NCBI GenBank assembly: GCA_965238005.1
Contig: OZ250165.1
Location: 1,632,001-1,696,000 of the forward strand
DNA length: 64,000 bases
Direction of reading: 5' to 3'
From: Longimicrobiales bacterium
GTDB taxonomy: Bacteria > Gemmatimonadota > Gemmatimonadetes > Longimicrobiales > Gaopeijiaceae
A model generated the notes under the pieces. The model did not search any database. It was not told the DNA's origin and saw nothing but the letters and a program-made list of their open reading frames with translations. Of this stretch, positions 10,144-21,079 are shown piece by piece (positions within the stretch are counted from its first letter, which is position 1; the number at the start of each line of letters is the position of its first letter). A program made the position numbers and the translations under genes.

Positions 10144-10892
10144 TGCGGATCCTCTGCACCAACGACGATGGATTCCTGGCGCTGGGCATCCGCGTTTTGG
10201 CCTCGGCCGCCCGGAACTTCGGCGAGGTCACCATCGTGGCCCCCGATCGCGAGCAGAGTGCCACGAGTCACTCACTGACGCTTCATCACCCGCTCAGGGC
10301 CCGACGCTCCACGGACGGCGTCCTGGTCGTAGACGGGACGCCCACCGACTGCGTCATCCTAGCGGTGAGCGAGCTTCTGGAGGGTCGGCCGGACATGTGC
10401 CTCTCGGGTGTCAACCACGGCGCGAACATGGGCGAGGACGTGCTCTACTCCGGAACGGTGGCTGCCGCCATGGAGGCCACGGTCATCGGGATACCGGCCA
10501 TTGCCATCTCGTATACCGGTGACTCCTTCGAAGATCTCGAGGCGTGGGAGCCGATTCTCGTTGAGCTTCTGAGAGGCATCGTCGGCCAGGATGAGCTTCC
10601 AAAGGACACGTTGTTCAACGTGAACCTTCCTGAGGTGGATCCAGGCGACGTAAGAGGCATCCGCGTGACGTCCCTGGGAAAGCGGCGATACAGCGACAGC
10701 CTCACCCGAGCCCTCGATCCGTCGGGCAACGAGTATTACTGGATCGGCGGTGGCGAGATCAGCTGGAGTGGAGACGTGGACTCGGACTTCAGGGCGGTCG
10801 ATGAGGGGTATGTGTCCGTGACGCCCCTCCACCTCGACCTGACCAACTACCGGCTCCTCGAGGAGATTCGTGGGTGGCAGCTGACTCTCTAG
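10143..10892 (+). CDS. surE: 5'/3'-nucleotidase SurE
   Basis: ILCTNDDG, GTPTDCV, SGVNHGAN and YSGTV motifs. Confidence 0.97.
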   Translation: MRILCTNDDGFLALGIRVLASAARNFGEVTIVAPDREQSATSHSLTLHHPLRARRSTDGVLVVDGTPTDCVILAVSELLEGRPDMCLSGVNHGANMGEDVLYSGTVAAAMEATVIGIPAIAISYTGDSFEDLEAWEPILVELLRGIVGQDELPKDTLFNVNLPEVDPGDVRGIRVTSLGKRRYSDSLTRALDPSGNEYYWIGGGEISWSGDVDSDFRAVDEGYVSVTPLHLDLTNYRLLEEIRGWQLTL

Positions 10893-11560
10893 ACGATCGA
10901 AGCTTCGTCGGCTACCGGCGCAAGCTCATCGAGGAGATCCGGGAGCACGGCATCGACGACATGGAGATCCTCCACCTCTTCGACCAGGTGCCCCGCCACC
11001 TGTTCGTGCCCCAGGGCGTTTGGCCCAGAGCGTACGAGGACGCCCCGATCCCCATCGGGTACTCGCAGACGGCTTCCCAGCCGTCTCTTCAGGCCCTCTA
11101 CCTCTCGATCTTGAAGCCCACCACCGACGAGACCGTGCTCGAGATCGGTACCGGAAGCGGGTATCTGACGGCCCTGTTGGCTATGACAGCGAACCGCGTG
11201 TACTCGGTGGAACGGGTACGGGAGCTCTCGGCGCGTGCCCGGGTGGCTCTGGACGAGCTACGTCTGAAAAACGTGGCCCTCATGGTGGGAGATGGGACGA
11301 TCGGATGGAGGAAGTATGCTCCCTTCGACGTCATCGTGGTGTCCGCCGCGTCCCCATCGATTCCCAAGGCCTTCCTGGATCAACTGGGCGAGGGAGGCCG
11401 CATGCTCATCCCTGTGGGATCGAGGGAACACCAGGACCTCATCCTCGTTCGCCGAGAGGATGGAGAGATCCAGCAGGAGGTGATCCAGGGCGGGTGCACC
11501 TTCGTGCCGCTCCTCGGCCGATTCGCGTGGGCTTCGGAGCATCCGGAGGCCGGCGCTTGA
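10874..11560 (+). CDS. pcm: Protein-L-isoaspartate O-methyltransferase
   Basis: VLEIGTGSGY and FVPLLG motifs; follows surE. Confidence 0.95.
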   Translation: MAADSLDDRSFVGYRRKLIEEIREHGIDDMEILHLFDQVPRHLFVPQGVWPRAYEDAPIPIGYSQTASQPSLQALYLSILKPTTDETVLEIGTGSGYLTALLAMTANRVYSVERVRELSARARVALDELRLKNVALMVGDGTIGWRKYAPFDVIVVSAASPSIPKAFLDQLGEGGRMLIPVGSREHQDLILVRREDGEIQQEVIQGGCTFVPLLGRFAWASEHPEAGA

Positions 11561-12177
11561 CCTCTCTTGTGGCCGAGGGGCGCAGGGGACCCATCCGCAG
11601 ACTCTACGACTGGGTGCTCCGCTGGGCCGATACTCCTTACGGGCTACCCGCACTGGGTGCGCTTGCCCTGGCTGAGTCATCGGTCTTTCCCATCCCACCC
11701 GATCCGTTGCTCATGGCGCTCTGCCTGGGTGCTACGTCACGATCGCTCAGCTTCGCCGGGGTCGCCACGGCAACTTCCGTCATCGGAGGCATGATCGGGT
11801 ACGGGATCGGCTCGCTGGTCTGGCTCGGAGTGTCGGAATTCTTCTTCACGTACGTTCCGGGTGTCACGCCCGAGGCGTTCGGCAGCGTCCAGAGCCTATA
11901 CGAGCGGTGGGACTTCTGGGCCGTGTTCGCGGCCGGACTCACTCCGATCCCCTACAAGGTCTTCACCATTTCGGCCGGTGTGTTCGCCATCAACTTCCCG
12001 ATCTTCGTGCTGGCCAGCGTTCTGGGCCGTGGACTCAGGTTCTTCCTCGTTGCCGGCCTGATCTACCGGTTTGGATCGTCCATAAACGCCTTTATCGACC
12101 GCTACTTCAGCCTTCTCACCTGGGCTTTCGGCTTTCTGGTGGTCTTGGGCTTCGTGATCGTAGAGTTCGTTCTCTGA
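11557..12177 (+). CDS. YqaA/DedA-family membrane protein
   Basis: AESSVFPIPPD and TPIPYKVFTI motifs; TTG start overlapping the pcm stop. Confidence 0.9.
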   Translation: MTSLVAEGRRGPIRRLYDWVLRWADTPYGLPALGALALAESSVFPIPPDPLLMALCLGATSRSLSFAGVATATSVIGGMIGYGIGSLVWLGVSEFFFTYVPGVTPEAFGSVQSLYERWDFWAVFAAGLTPIPYKVFTISAGVFAINFPIFVLASVLGRGLRFFLVAGLIYRFGSSINAFIDRYFSLLTWAFGFLVVLGFVIVEFVL

Positions 12178-12270
12178 GAAACACGTTTGTTTACAGGGTC
12201 GTGGGAGGCCTATATTGACTGTGAGGAGCAGCCCCCAGCTGCAAGGCCCCCAGTCGGTCGGAGAACTTCT

Positions 12271-12678
12271 ATGAGCGACGAGGCAGGATCCGAGCGGGAG
12301 ATGATCGAGGCGGAGTCGACCAATGAGGACGGTCGCCTGACCGACGACGTCGACATCCCGAAGGAAGCGTTCATCTCTCCGGACGAGCCCCTCGTTCGGG
12401 ATGAGTTTCGAGATGCACTGATCTCTCCCGACGAGCCCATCGAACGAGCCGACGACGATAGTGGGGTCGTGGTGGGCATGGACGGATCGAGCGAGCATGA
12501 GTCGGTCCGCTTCTCCGGTGTGCATCTGGAGCCGGAGCAAATGGCCGCGGTCTTGGAGGACGTCGCGGCGGCGCTGAAGGAGCACGGAATCAACGGTCTT
12601 CGGCCAACGCCCGGCACACCCCACTTCGAGAGCGTGCTCAAGGCCTATATCGCCGGATACTATTCGACTGACTACTGA
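12271..12678 (+). CDS. Acidic hypothetical protein
   Basis: Co-oriented with the operon; internal repeat AFISPDEP/ALISPDEP. Confidence 0.65.
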   Translation: MSDEAGSEREMIEAESTNEDGRLTDDVDIPKEAFISPDEPLVRDEFRDALISPDEPIERADDDSGVVVGMDGSSEHESVRFSGVHLEPEQMAAVLEDVAAALKEHGINGLRPTPGTPHFESVLKAYIAGYYSTDY

Positions 12679-12768
12679 TCGACTGGGGCGTCGTCATACC
12701 CCAGACGGAATCGACCCTCGCGGCCTGGTGGCCCCGGGGGTCGACGCGTCGGTGCCGTCGCGGGCCTT

Positions 12769-13578
12769 ATGCAGCCAATGAGACCGATGATCGCGTCGGC
12801 GGCGCTGCTTGTGCTCGGGTTGGCGAGCCTTCTGAGCGCTCCTGCCGTCGGGCGCGCTCAGGAGGTGGTGCCGGACTGGCTGCTGAGCCTCCGTCTTCCG
12901 AACGCGGGCGCCAAGTCCGTCATGACTCCCACAGGATGGGGCGCGGCCTACGGCTCCTTCTTCGCCGGCGCAGGGGTCTCCGAGCGGAATCCCTATCTGC
13001 CCAGTTCGGATGGCGTGATGGCGCTGGGGGTCGGGGTCGGGGATCCTGTGCTCAATATCGGCCTCCAGCTTGGAGTTACGGTCTCCGACCTCAGTGAGTT
13101 TGACAACTATGCGTACTCGTTCAAGCTGCATCGCTACCTAGGGCAAGGGACCGCCATCGCAGTGGGTGGCGAGAGCCTACTTACCGGTGGTCCCCTCGTC
13201 GATGACTTGGGCGAGACGTTCTATCTGGTGGTGAGCCACGTCGTACAAGGGGTGGCATTGCCCCGCCCCGGTGTCGGCCGTCTCCACTTGAGCGCCGGCG
13301 TGGGGTCTGGACGCTTTGCCAATAGGAGCCCCCGGGACGTGTCGGAGGGGAAGGGTGACAACGGGACCTGGGTGTTCGGCAACGCGGCCGTGGAAGTGGC
13401 GAAGGACCTGAACCTCCTCGTGGAGTGGAGCGGGATCAACCTCCATGCGGGCGTGAGCAAGGCGTTTCAGGTCGGCGACGTGGCGATCTCGCTTTCGCTG
13501 GCCGCTGCGGACCTCACGGATTATTCGGGTGACGGTGCCCGCCTCCTGGGAGGTGGCGCCGTGGCGGTGGGGTTCTAG
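12769..13578 (+). CDS. Secreted / outer-membrane beta-barrel-like hypothetical protein
   Basis: Signal peptide, alternating beta pattern, C-terminal Phe. Confidence 0.7.
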   Translation: MQPMRPMIASAALLVLGLASLLSAPAVGRAQEVVPDWLLSLRLPNAGAKSVMTPTGWGAAYGSFFAGAGVSERNPYLPSSDGVMALGVGVGDPVLNIGLQLGVTVSDLSEFDNYAYSFKLHRYLGQGTAIAVGGESLLTGGPLVDDLGETFYLVVSHVVQGVALPRPGVGRLHLSAGVGSGRFANRSPRDVSEGKGDNGTWVFGNAAVEVAKDLNLLVEWSGINLHAGVSKAFQVGDVAISLSLAAADLTDYSGDGARLLGGGAVAVGF

Positions 13579-13631
13579 TGTTCCGTTGCCCACGGATGCA
13601 CCGTGCCCTCGACGGGCCGCGACACTTCTGG

Positions 13632-14053
13632 GACACCACAATAGGGTGCGGGTGATGACGATCCGGGCGTGCGTGCTGTTGTTGGTGATCGGTGGGGCCG
13701 TGTTAATGGCGCCTGGCGGTGTGGCGGGGCAGGAGGTTGCCGGCGACGTAATGATGCCTCCACCCAGGGAGCTGGCTACTTCTACTCCTGCGGCGAGCGG
13801 GCTGGGCATGGGCAGAGGTACCGCTGGTCTCGAGACCATGGCGGCGTACCGGACGGCGGTTGAGAACGTGGTGGCCCAGGTGCGGGCCGGCACTGTGAGT
13901 GAGAGTGAGGTCCGGGAGCGGCTCGGGGATGTGATCGTGTCGCTGCTGATCAAGGCCGGGGTGATGTCGTTCGGGGGTGACCGAGCCTCATGGCCCACAT
14001 TCTCAGCCCGCCGGAAGGCACCACGTTGCCTCACCTCCGGACGCAAGCCGTAG
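13632..14053 (+). CDS. Hypothetical secreted protein, 3' end possibly truncated or fused
   Basis: Signal-peptide-like N-terminus (MTIRACVLLLVIGGAVLMAPGGVAGQ). Confidence 0.4.
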
Positions 14054-14191
14054 GGTCCTTGATCCTCGCCAACCTCATCCCGCTTTGCGGTGCGCTCTTC
14101 CTGGGCTGGAGCGTCGGGCGCTCATGCTCGTGCCCTACCTGCGGATGGGCGTCATGTTCGGCAGCATCGTCCTGGGTGCGCTCATCATGGC
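13990..14191 (+). pseudogene. Internally deleted DUF6498-like membrane protein remnant
   Basis: LILANLIPLCGALFLGWSVG joined out of frame to LMLVPYLRMGVMFGSIVLGAL. Confidence 0.45.
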
Positions 14192-15670
14192 TTACTGCCT
14201 GCTCCCATCCGGCCGGATCTCGCTGATCGGGACCGTGGGCACCTTCTGGACCACTCCCGTCTGCCGCACCAGCCTCTCGATGTCGTCCAGCTCCATTGGC
14301 AGGAAGGCGGTGAAGTTCTCGACGCCGTCTTCGGTCACCACCACCGTGTCCTCATAGCGCAGGTACAGGTTCTCCTCCGGGACCCAGAGCTGGGGATCCA
14401 CCGAGAAGACGAGTCCCGGCTCGAGGGGCGCGCCCCGGTACCTCCCCACATCGTGCACGGTCATCCCAACGGTGTGGGAGAAGACGCCGCCCCCGGTCCC
14501 CACCAGCCGCCGCGCCGCCTGCTCGTAGATGGGCTTCGAGAAGCGGGTGCGGGCGAACACTGCCTCCATCGCCTCCGCCGCTTCCTCCATGATCTGCTCG
14601 GGTGTGACGCTGGGGCGGATCCGCAAGAGCACCGCCTTGTGGTACTCGAGGACAAACTGGAGCAGCTCCCGCTGCCGCGAGTCGTACCGCCCGTTTACTG
14701 GCCAGACGCGGCCGACATCCGACACGTAGTAGCGGTAGTCGGGGGCGTAGTCCATCAGCACCAGATCCCCGTCCTTCAGCTGCTCCGTGTTCCGGAAATA
14801 GTGCGCCCGGTTGATGTTTTCGGTGCCGGAGGCCGTGATGGACCGGTATGCCTCCAGTCGCGCCCCGTCTAGAAGAAAGACGTAGCGCGCCGCCGCGTCC
14901 AACTGATACTCGTACACTCCAGGCTCCGTGCTGCGCATGGCCTCCATCAGGCTGAGGCCCGACAGCTGAGCGGCACGGCGCAGCAGCGCGATCTCCCGGG
15001 GACTCTTGATGGTGCGCATCTCGTCCAGGATGGGGTTAAGATCCCGGAGCTCGGCCCGCCGGTGACGCGCGTGGAGAAGGGCTACGAACCGGCGCTGGCG
15101 CGAGAGACCGACGTCCCAGAAGTCCATGGCGCGCGCCACCTCGGCGGCGATCAGCTCGCCTCGGCTCTGCTGGGCGCCCTCCGCCGGGCTGAACTCGGCG
15201 TAAATCACCGGGGCAGGGCCTCCTCGCCGACCCCCAGCCGGCTCTCCCAGCGGCCAGTTCTGGGCCCTCATCGCCTCCACCGGCTCCACTGCGTCCACCC
15301 CGATCAGACGCCGGATCAGATCCGCATCGTCCGCCGATAGCTCGAGACCCTCGTTCTGCGCCAGCCGCTCGTCCCGACGCGGCAGATAAAGCGTGGCCTT
15401 CCGCCTTCGCCCGTCCAGCAGAAGATACGCTCCCGGCATCTCTACCCCCGACAGGTAGTACATCGTGTTGTACTGCCGCGGGTAGATGAAGCCATCGGTC
15501 TTGGGCATCCCCTGCACCACCGCCACGCCGTCGCTGCCGATGGCGTCGAACAGCTTCGCCCACCGCGCCTGGAACTCTTCGGGCGGGAAGTCGCTCTGGT
15601 AGAACTGCGCGGGGGCGGGCTCGACCCACGCGGCAGTCAGGGCAAGGACGATCAGCATTCGCGCGACCAT
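14192..15670 (-). CDS. Xaa-Pro aminopeptidase (M24B), secreted
   Basis: IKSPREI, DYAPD, HTVGMTVHD and RYEDTVVVT motifs; signal peptide. Confidence 0.92.
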   Translation of the reverse strand: MVARMLIVLALTAAWVEPAPAQFYQSDFPPEEFQARWAKLFDAIGSDGVAVVQGMPKTDGFIYPRQYNTMYYLSGVEMPGAYLLLDGRRRKATLYLPRRDERLAQNEGLELSADDADLIRRLIGVDAVEPVEAMRAQNWPLGEPAGGRRGGPAPVIYAEFSPAEGAQQSRGELIAAEVARAMDFWDVGLSRQRRFVALLHARHRRAELRDLNPILDEMRTIKSPREIALLRRAAQLSGLSLMEAMRSTEPGVYEYQLDAAARYVFLLDGARLEAYRSITASGTENINRAHYFRNTEQLKDGDLVLMDYAPDYRYYVSDVGRVWPVNGRYDSRQRELLQFVLEYHKAVLLRIRPSVTPEQIMEEAAEAMEAVFARTRFSKPIYEQAARRLVGTGGGVFSHTVGMTVHDVGRYRGAPLEPGLVFSVDPQLWVPEENLYLRYEDTVVVTEDGVENFTAFLPMELDDIERLVRQTGVVQKVPTVPISEIRPDGSRQ

Positions 15671-15861
15671 GGGATGCTCCTTTGGATGCCGGGCCGCTCA
15701 CGCCGACGCCCAATGCGTCAGCTGAGCCTGTCAAAGAACGGGGCTACTCCTCCTCCATGAACGTCCGAGTCTCTGAGCTGCAAGCACTACCGGCTCGGCC
15801 TCACCTGCAAGGCGTTCCCCGACGGCATCCCCGAGAAGATCATCACCGGCCCAGCACGACA

Positions 15862-18162
15862 TCACTGTCCGCCAGGAGGGAGATGTTCGAGGAAGTACCG
15901 CGCGATGAGTCGGCGTACGTGGGGGGTGGACCCGGGGCCTTCCCTCAGCCCATGGTTGCGATCGGGGTACACCATGTAGTCGAACGGCTTGCCGAGCTCG
16001 ACCAGACGATTTACCAGATGCTCGACGTGCTGGAGATGGGTATTCGTCTCTCCCGAGCCGTGCATGATGAGTAGGCGCCCCTTCAACCCCTCGGCGAAAT
16101 TAAGGGGGTCCGCCAGGCGGTAGCCCTCGGGATTATCCTCCCGGGTCCTCATGTACCGTTCCTGGAACCCTGCATTGTACAGATCGGGCCGCGGCTTCGG
16201 GGCGACCGCGACGCCCACGTGATACTGGTCCGGCTTGCGAAAGAGTGCGTTCAACGTGTTGGTCCCGCCCGCGCTCCAGCCCCAGATCCCCACCCGCGAG
16301 AGGTCGACGTACGGCCGCGTGCGCCCCAGCTCGCGCAGGCCGGCCGCCTGCTCTTCGGTCGACAGCGGCCCCATGCTGGGGAAGATAGCCCGGCGCCAGG
16401 CCGCACCCTTGAGCGCCGGCGTGCCCTGGTTGTCCCACGACACCACCAGATACCCCTCGTCGGCGATCGCCTGATGGAAGAGGTGATTGCGCTGCTGGGC
16501 ATCCCAAGCGTTCTCCACCACGTTGTCCGCCGGCTCGGCGTAGATGAAGACGATCACAGGGTATTTCTTGCCCGCATCGAAGTCCCGGGGCTTGATCATC
16601 AGCGCGTCCATCACGATGCCGTTGCCGATGTCCAGCGTGAAGAACTCGGTCGGGTTTATGATCCACGCTTTCAACTTCTCGCGAAGCGCCGCATTGTCCT
16701 CCAGCACGCGCACGATGCGGTGGGAGGGGAGCTCGACGAGGTCGGTCACCGGCGGTGTGTCGAAGGTCGAATAGCTATGGAAGGCGTACCGACCGTCGGG
16801 CGACGGAACATACTGGTGGAACCCCGAGGCCGTCGCCGGCGTCACCCGTTCGGCCTTTCCGCTGCCGTCCAATGGGACGCGATAGAGATGGGACTCAGTG
16901 GCATTGTCGGGCGAGGCATGATAGTAGAACCAGCCTCCCGCCTCGTCGACCATGCCGGTGGGGTACTCGCGGCGGTAGATGGCGGGTTGGATATCGTGCG
17001 GCCCGGGCGTCAGCAGCGTCTGCGTCTTGCCGTCACGCGACAGGAGAAATGCGTGCCGCCAGCCGTCTCGCTCGCTGATCAGCAGGAACCTCTTGCCATC
17101 GCGTAGCGGCTCGAGCGTGAGACGCACCCACGCCGAGTCGCTTTCGTGGTACATCGGGGTGACCGCACTGGTCCGTACGTTCACGTAGAAAGCGCTGAAC
17201 ACGTCCCGTCCCCGAGATTGCTGCTCCAGCAGCAGCTCGTCGGAACTACCTGCCCAACTCGCGCTGAGGTAATACGTACCCGGTTTTCCCGGAACGGCGA
17301 TCCACTGGGTCGGGCCGCCATCCGCGTTCACCACGCCCACCCGTGTCGTCGCGATTGGGGTGCCCACCTTGGCGTAACGGGTGTCTCTCACCACCGGATA
17401 CGTTGCCTCAGTAAATTTGACGATCGGGAACCTCCCGACGCTCCGTTGGTCTCGCTGCGTGTAAGCGACCTTCTGCCCGTCAGGACTCCAGTAACCAGTA
17501 TTCGTGACGCTATCCGGTAGCGCATCCCGCGTGAGCACCACGTGTCGCTCAGTGTCGAGATCGTACACGTACAGGTTGCCCCCCCTCACGTAGAGGAGGT
17601 GCCGCCCATCGGGGGAAAGACCCCCCGACAGATCCCCAGACCCGCTACACGACTCGGCGTCGGAGACGAGCTTCCGAAGGGTGTGTGCCCTGCGGTCCAG
17701 CAGCCAGCAATCGCCCCCAGTGCCACCCCCGGGCAGCGGGCGGGTGTTCGAACGAAAGAGCATGCGCCCTCCGTCGGCCGAGAGGGCATAATCTTCGATG
17801 GTGAGCGGCTGGGAGGTACCCGCCGGCACAAGATCCGAAGCCGACACGAGTGTGCTGCGCTCTCCCGTCGCGGCATCGTACTGCACTAGCTCTCTTGACC
17901 GGTCTGCGCCGAGCTCGAGGGCCAGGTAACCGGAGCCATCTGGGAGCCACCGCAAGTCAACCAAACGCCCCCGAGGCATGATCTGTTCGGCCTCGAGCTC
18001 ATTCGTCGTATAAAGGGAATGGATCCGCGCTTCCAACGCCGCCGGCAGCTCCGCGCTACGCACGGCCTGCCGCGTGGCGGCGTCTGGCCCGCAACCAGCA
18101 ACGACAGCACACAGCGCCAGCGTGGTCACGGTCACCGTGGACTTGTGGACATCGGTGGTCAT
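15862..18162 (-). CDS. S9B dipeptidyl-peptidase IV-like lipoprotein
   Basis: GIWGWSAGG nucleophile; DPP-IV propeller; VAGC lipobox; ATG at 18162 after GGAGG. Confidence 0.92.
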   Translation of the reverse strand: MTTDVHKSTVTVTTLALCAVVAGCGPDAATRQAVRSAELPAALEARIHSLYTTNELEAEQIMPRGRLVDLRWLPDGSGYLALELGADRSRELVQYDAATGERSTLVSASDLVPAGTSQPLTIEDYALSADGGRMLFRSNTRPLPGGGTGGDCWLLDRRAHTLRKLVSDAESCSGSGDLSGGLSPDGRHLLYVRGGNLYVYDLDTERHVVLTRDALPDSVTNTGYWSPDGQKVAYTQRDQRSVGRFPIVKFTEATYPVVRDTRYAKVGTPIATTRVGVVNADGGPTQWIAVPGKPGTYYLSASWAGSSDELLLEQQSRGRDVFSAFYVNVRTSAVTPMYHESDSAWVRLTLEPLRDGKRFLLISERDGWRHAFLLSRDGKTQTLLTPGPHDIQPAIYRREYPTGMVDEAGGWFYYHASPDNATESHLYRVPLDGSGKAERVTPATASGFHQYVPSPDGRYAFHSYSTFDTPPVTDLVELPSHRIVRVLEDNAALREKLKAWIINPTEFFTLDIGNGIVMDALMIKPRDFDAGKKYPVIVFIYAEPADNVVENAWDAQQRNHLFHQAIADEGYLVVSWDNQGTPALKGAAWRRAIFPSMGPLSTEEQAAGLRELGRTRPYVDLSRVGIWGWSAGGTNTLNALFRKPDQYHVGVAVAPKPRPDLYNAGFQERYMRTREDNPEGYRLADPLNFAEGLKGRLLIMHGSGETNTHLQHVEHLVNRLVELGKPFDYMVYPDRNHGLREGPGSTPHVRRLIARYFLEHLPPGGQ

Positions 18163-18445
18163 CTCGCCTCCAGAGAAATTGGTCTCCTGGATATGCGCCC
18201 CGAAATCTGAACCGGTTTCGGGGCCGCTCCTCATAGTGACACGTCATCTGCGCATCCGCCACCCGGCCGAGCTCCAAGAGGTCCTGAGCCTCCAGTAGCA
18301 AGGAGCGATTCTCCACATTGAAGCGGGCCCGGAAGATCCAGGGATTGTCAAAGTACCGTGCGGAGAGGCCGCGAGGAACGCGCTACTCGACCAAGAGCGC
18401 GTAGGGGGGAGGATTCGTCTGCTCGAAGTTTGCGGCGTCCAGCGG

Positions 18446-21079
18446 CTAGTCGACCGTCAGCGCCGTCCTGGGATGGATCTGCGTTGCCCGCCGGGCCGGC
18501 GCGTAGGCTGCCGCTACCGTGATCGTCAGGAGAAGCAGCCCTACCGCAATGAGTGTGACCGAGTCCAGGCCCGGCGTGTCGTAGAGAAGCCCCTCGATGA
18601 ACCGTTCTGTGGCCAACGCGCCAGCCAGCCCTATTCCCAGTCCCAGGACTCCGAGCTTCAGGCTCGATCGGATCACGGCCCAACGCACTAGTGTAACGTC
18701 TGCCCCCAGGGCTACTCGAATACCGATTTCGCGAGTGCGGCGTGCGACGCTGAACGCCATGACGCCGTAGATACCGACTGACGCCAACCCGAGCGCCAAC
18801 CCCGAAAATACTGTCAGTACGAGCAGGCTCAGCCGCGGACGGGCGACAGCGTCACGCACTCTCTCATTCACCGGACGGAGTTCCGGAACCGCCAGGCCCG
18901 GCGCCATCCTGCGCATCTCCTCGCGGATCCCCTCGCGGATCATCGCTCCATCCGTCACTGCACGAATAACCACGTTCATCCTGGCCCACGGAGACCATGC
19001 ATACGACAGGTAGATGGTTTCGCTGGACGAGTCCTGGAGGGTGACGTCTCGGACGTCTTCCACCACGCCGACAACGCGCATCCGAGTTCCCTCCACATTC
19101 CCCCAAACGATGCGCTTGCCGAGTGGGTCTCCGGCCGGCCACAACACTTCGGCCAGGGATCTGTTGACTATGGCGACGGGATCTTCCTCGGTGTCGAAAT
19201 CGTCGAAGTGACGGCCGGCCAGCAGCGCCACGCCCATCGCATCGAACCATCCCGGTGTGACGGAACGCCAGCGGACCGGGTGGAAGTCGTCGAGTCCGTG
19301 AAGGTCAGGTCTGTCTTCGGCCACGAAGTTCGACGGGTCCGAGCCTGAGAACGGTTCTACCATGGAGGCTCCAGCTGCTCGCACCTCCGGCAATTCCTGA
19401 AGCCGGTCCATCAGTTCCGGGAGGAATCGGGCTCGTTCGTGCGCCGGGTAGCTCTCGCTCGGCATCATCAATTGACCCGTGATCACATGTGTTGGGTCGA
19501 AGCCCGGGTCCACATCCTGAAGGCGTAGGAAGCTGCGTGCCAGGAGGCTTGCTCCCGAAAGGAGAACGACGGCAAGTGCCACCTCAGTGACGACCAGCCC
19601 CCCCCGTACACGCATGTCGGTGGGCGATCCTGAACCGGTCCCTGACCGCAGGGCCAAGAACGAACTGCCCCTTGCATGGAGCATCGGGGCGAGTCCGAAC
19701 ACCAGACCGGCTACCATGGTCGCTGCAAGGGCGACGCCGAGAACGGTGGGGTCCAGGGTCGCTTCGTCCAGGCGGGGCAGGCCCGGGACCGCCGTAGCTC
19801 GGACGAGTGAGAGTGCCCATAAAGCCGACAACACGCCCAGCATGCCGCCTGCCAGGGACAACACCATGCTCTCGGTTACGAGTTGACCAAGGATCCTGCC
19901 ACGCCCGGCACCGATGGCTCTCCGAATCGCCACTTCCCGACGTCTCGTCGTCGCCCTCGCGAGGAGGAGATTCGAGACGTTGAGGCAGGCGATGAGCAAC
20001 AACGATCCGACTGCCCCCATCATCAACAGGGTGCCGCGCTCCACAGGAAGGCCCACGAGCCATTCGCGGAGCGGCTGGACCTCTGCGCTCCAACCCTCCT
20101 GGTCCTCCGGATACTCCGCGGACAAGCGGGCTGCGATGCCGGCGATCTCCGCTTGAGCGGCCAATGGGTCAATTTTGTTGGCCAGTCGTGCGACCACGTC
20201 GAGTTCGTGATTCGACCGAGAGCCGTCCAGCGTCGCGGAGTACGGCAGGAAGAGGTCCGACAGGTCCAGGAACGAGGGGGTGGAAATGATTCCCACGATC
20301 TCGCGTGGCTCGGTGTCCAGGATGAGCGTCTGACCGATGACAGAAGCGTCACGCCCGTACCGAGTCGCCCAGAAGGACTCGGAAATCAGCACCACGGCTG
20401 GGCGTTCTCCCGCACGGGCGTCGTCCGGACCGAAGTCCCGACCGGCGACGGGGGTCAACCCGAGTGTCGCCATAAACGCCGGTGTCGTGTGCCAGGTGAA
20501 TACCCTCTCCGCCTCTCCCTCCCACAGCAGGACCATGTCACGTCCAGAGAGGCCGCCCATGGATTCGAACGACGACGACTGCTCCGTCCATTCCGCGTAG
20601 TCGGGATCGGAGACCTGGAATTCGTCTCCCTGAGGTGTGAGCTCCACGATCCGGACAAGCCGGTCGGGCTCGTGGAAAGGCAACGGTTGCAGGACCACGG
20701 CCTGCAGAATGCCGAACATGGTCGTGGCCGCACCGATACCCAGGGCCAGAGTAGTCACCGCGACGAAGGTGAAACCGCGGGCACGACGTAGCTGTCGGAG
20801 GGTGAAGTTGACGTCCTGCCTGACGTGATCGACAAAGGCGCGGAGGCCGTCGATCTGGGTGTTGCGACGCTTCTCCTGCCGAAGTCGGAGCGAGATCCCC
20901 GTGACGTCCCCGAACATCGACTCGGCCTGTCTTCGCGCCGCGTCGGGAGCGACGCCCTCCTCAATCAGGTCCCGGGTCCGTGCCTCGATGTGGAAGCGGA
21001 CCTCTTCATGGACCTCGTCTCCAACGCTGCTTTCCCGTGAGCGGTCGTCCAACCGGAGAACTCTTCGAATTCCCTTCAT
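18446..21079 (-). CDS. ADOP-type duplicated ABC permease (MacB/FtsX)
   Basis: TLALGIGA, RRREVAIRRAIGA and RTREIGIRVALGA motifs. Confidence 0.92.
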   Translation of the reverse strand: MKGIRRVLRLDDRSRESSVGDEVHEEVRFHIEARTRDLIEEGVAPDAARRQAESMFGDVTGISLRLRQEKRRNTQIDGLRAFVDHVRQDVNFTLRQLRRARGFTFVAVTTLALGIGAATTMFGILQAVVLQPLPFHEPDRLVRIVELTPQGDEFQVSDPDYAEWTEQSSSFESMGGLSGRDMVLLWEGEAERVFTWHTTPAFMATLGLTPVAGRDFGPDDARAGERPAVVLISESFWATRYGRDASVIGQTLILDTEPREIVGIISTPSFLDLSDLFLPYSATLDGSRSNHELDVVARLANKIDPLAAQAEIAGIAARLSAEYPEDQEGWSAEVQPLREWLVGLPVERGTLLMMGAVGSLLLIACLNVSNLLLARATTRRREVAIRRAIGAGRGRILGQLVTESMVLSLAGGMLGVLSALWALSLVRATAVPGLPRLDEATLDPTVLGVALAATMVAGLVFGLAPMLHARGSSFLALRSGTGSGSPTDMRVRGGLVVTEVALAVVLLSGASLLARSFLRLQDVDPGFDPTHVITGQLMMPSESYPAHERARFLPELMDRLQELPEVRAAGASMVEPFSGSDPSNFVAEDRPDLHGLDDFHPVRWRSVTPGWFDAMGVALLAGRHFDDFDTEEDPVAIVNRSLAEVLWPAGDPLGKRIVWGNVEGTRMRVVGVVEDVRDVTLQDSSSETIYLSYAWSPWARMNVVIRAVTDGAMIREGIREEMRRMAPGLAVPELRPVNERVRDAVARPRLSLLVLTVFSGLALGLASVGIYGVMAFSVARRTREIGIRVALGADVTLVRWAVIRSSLKLGVLGLGIGLAGALATERFIEGLLYDTPGLDSVTLIAVGLLLLTITVAAAYAPARRATQIHPRTALTVD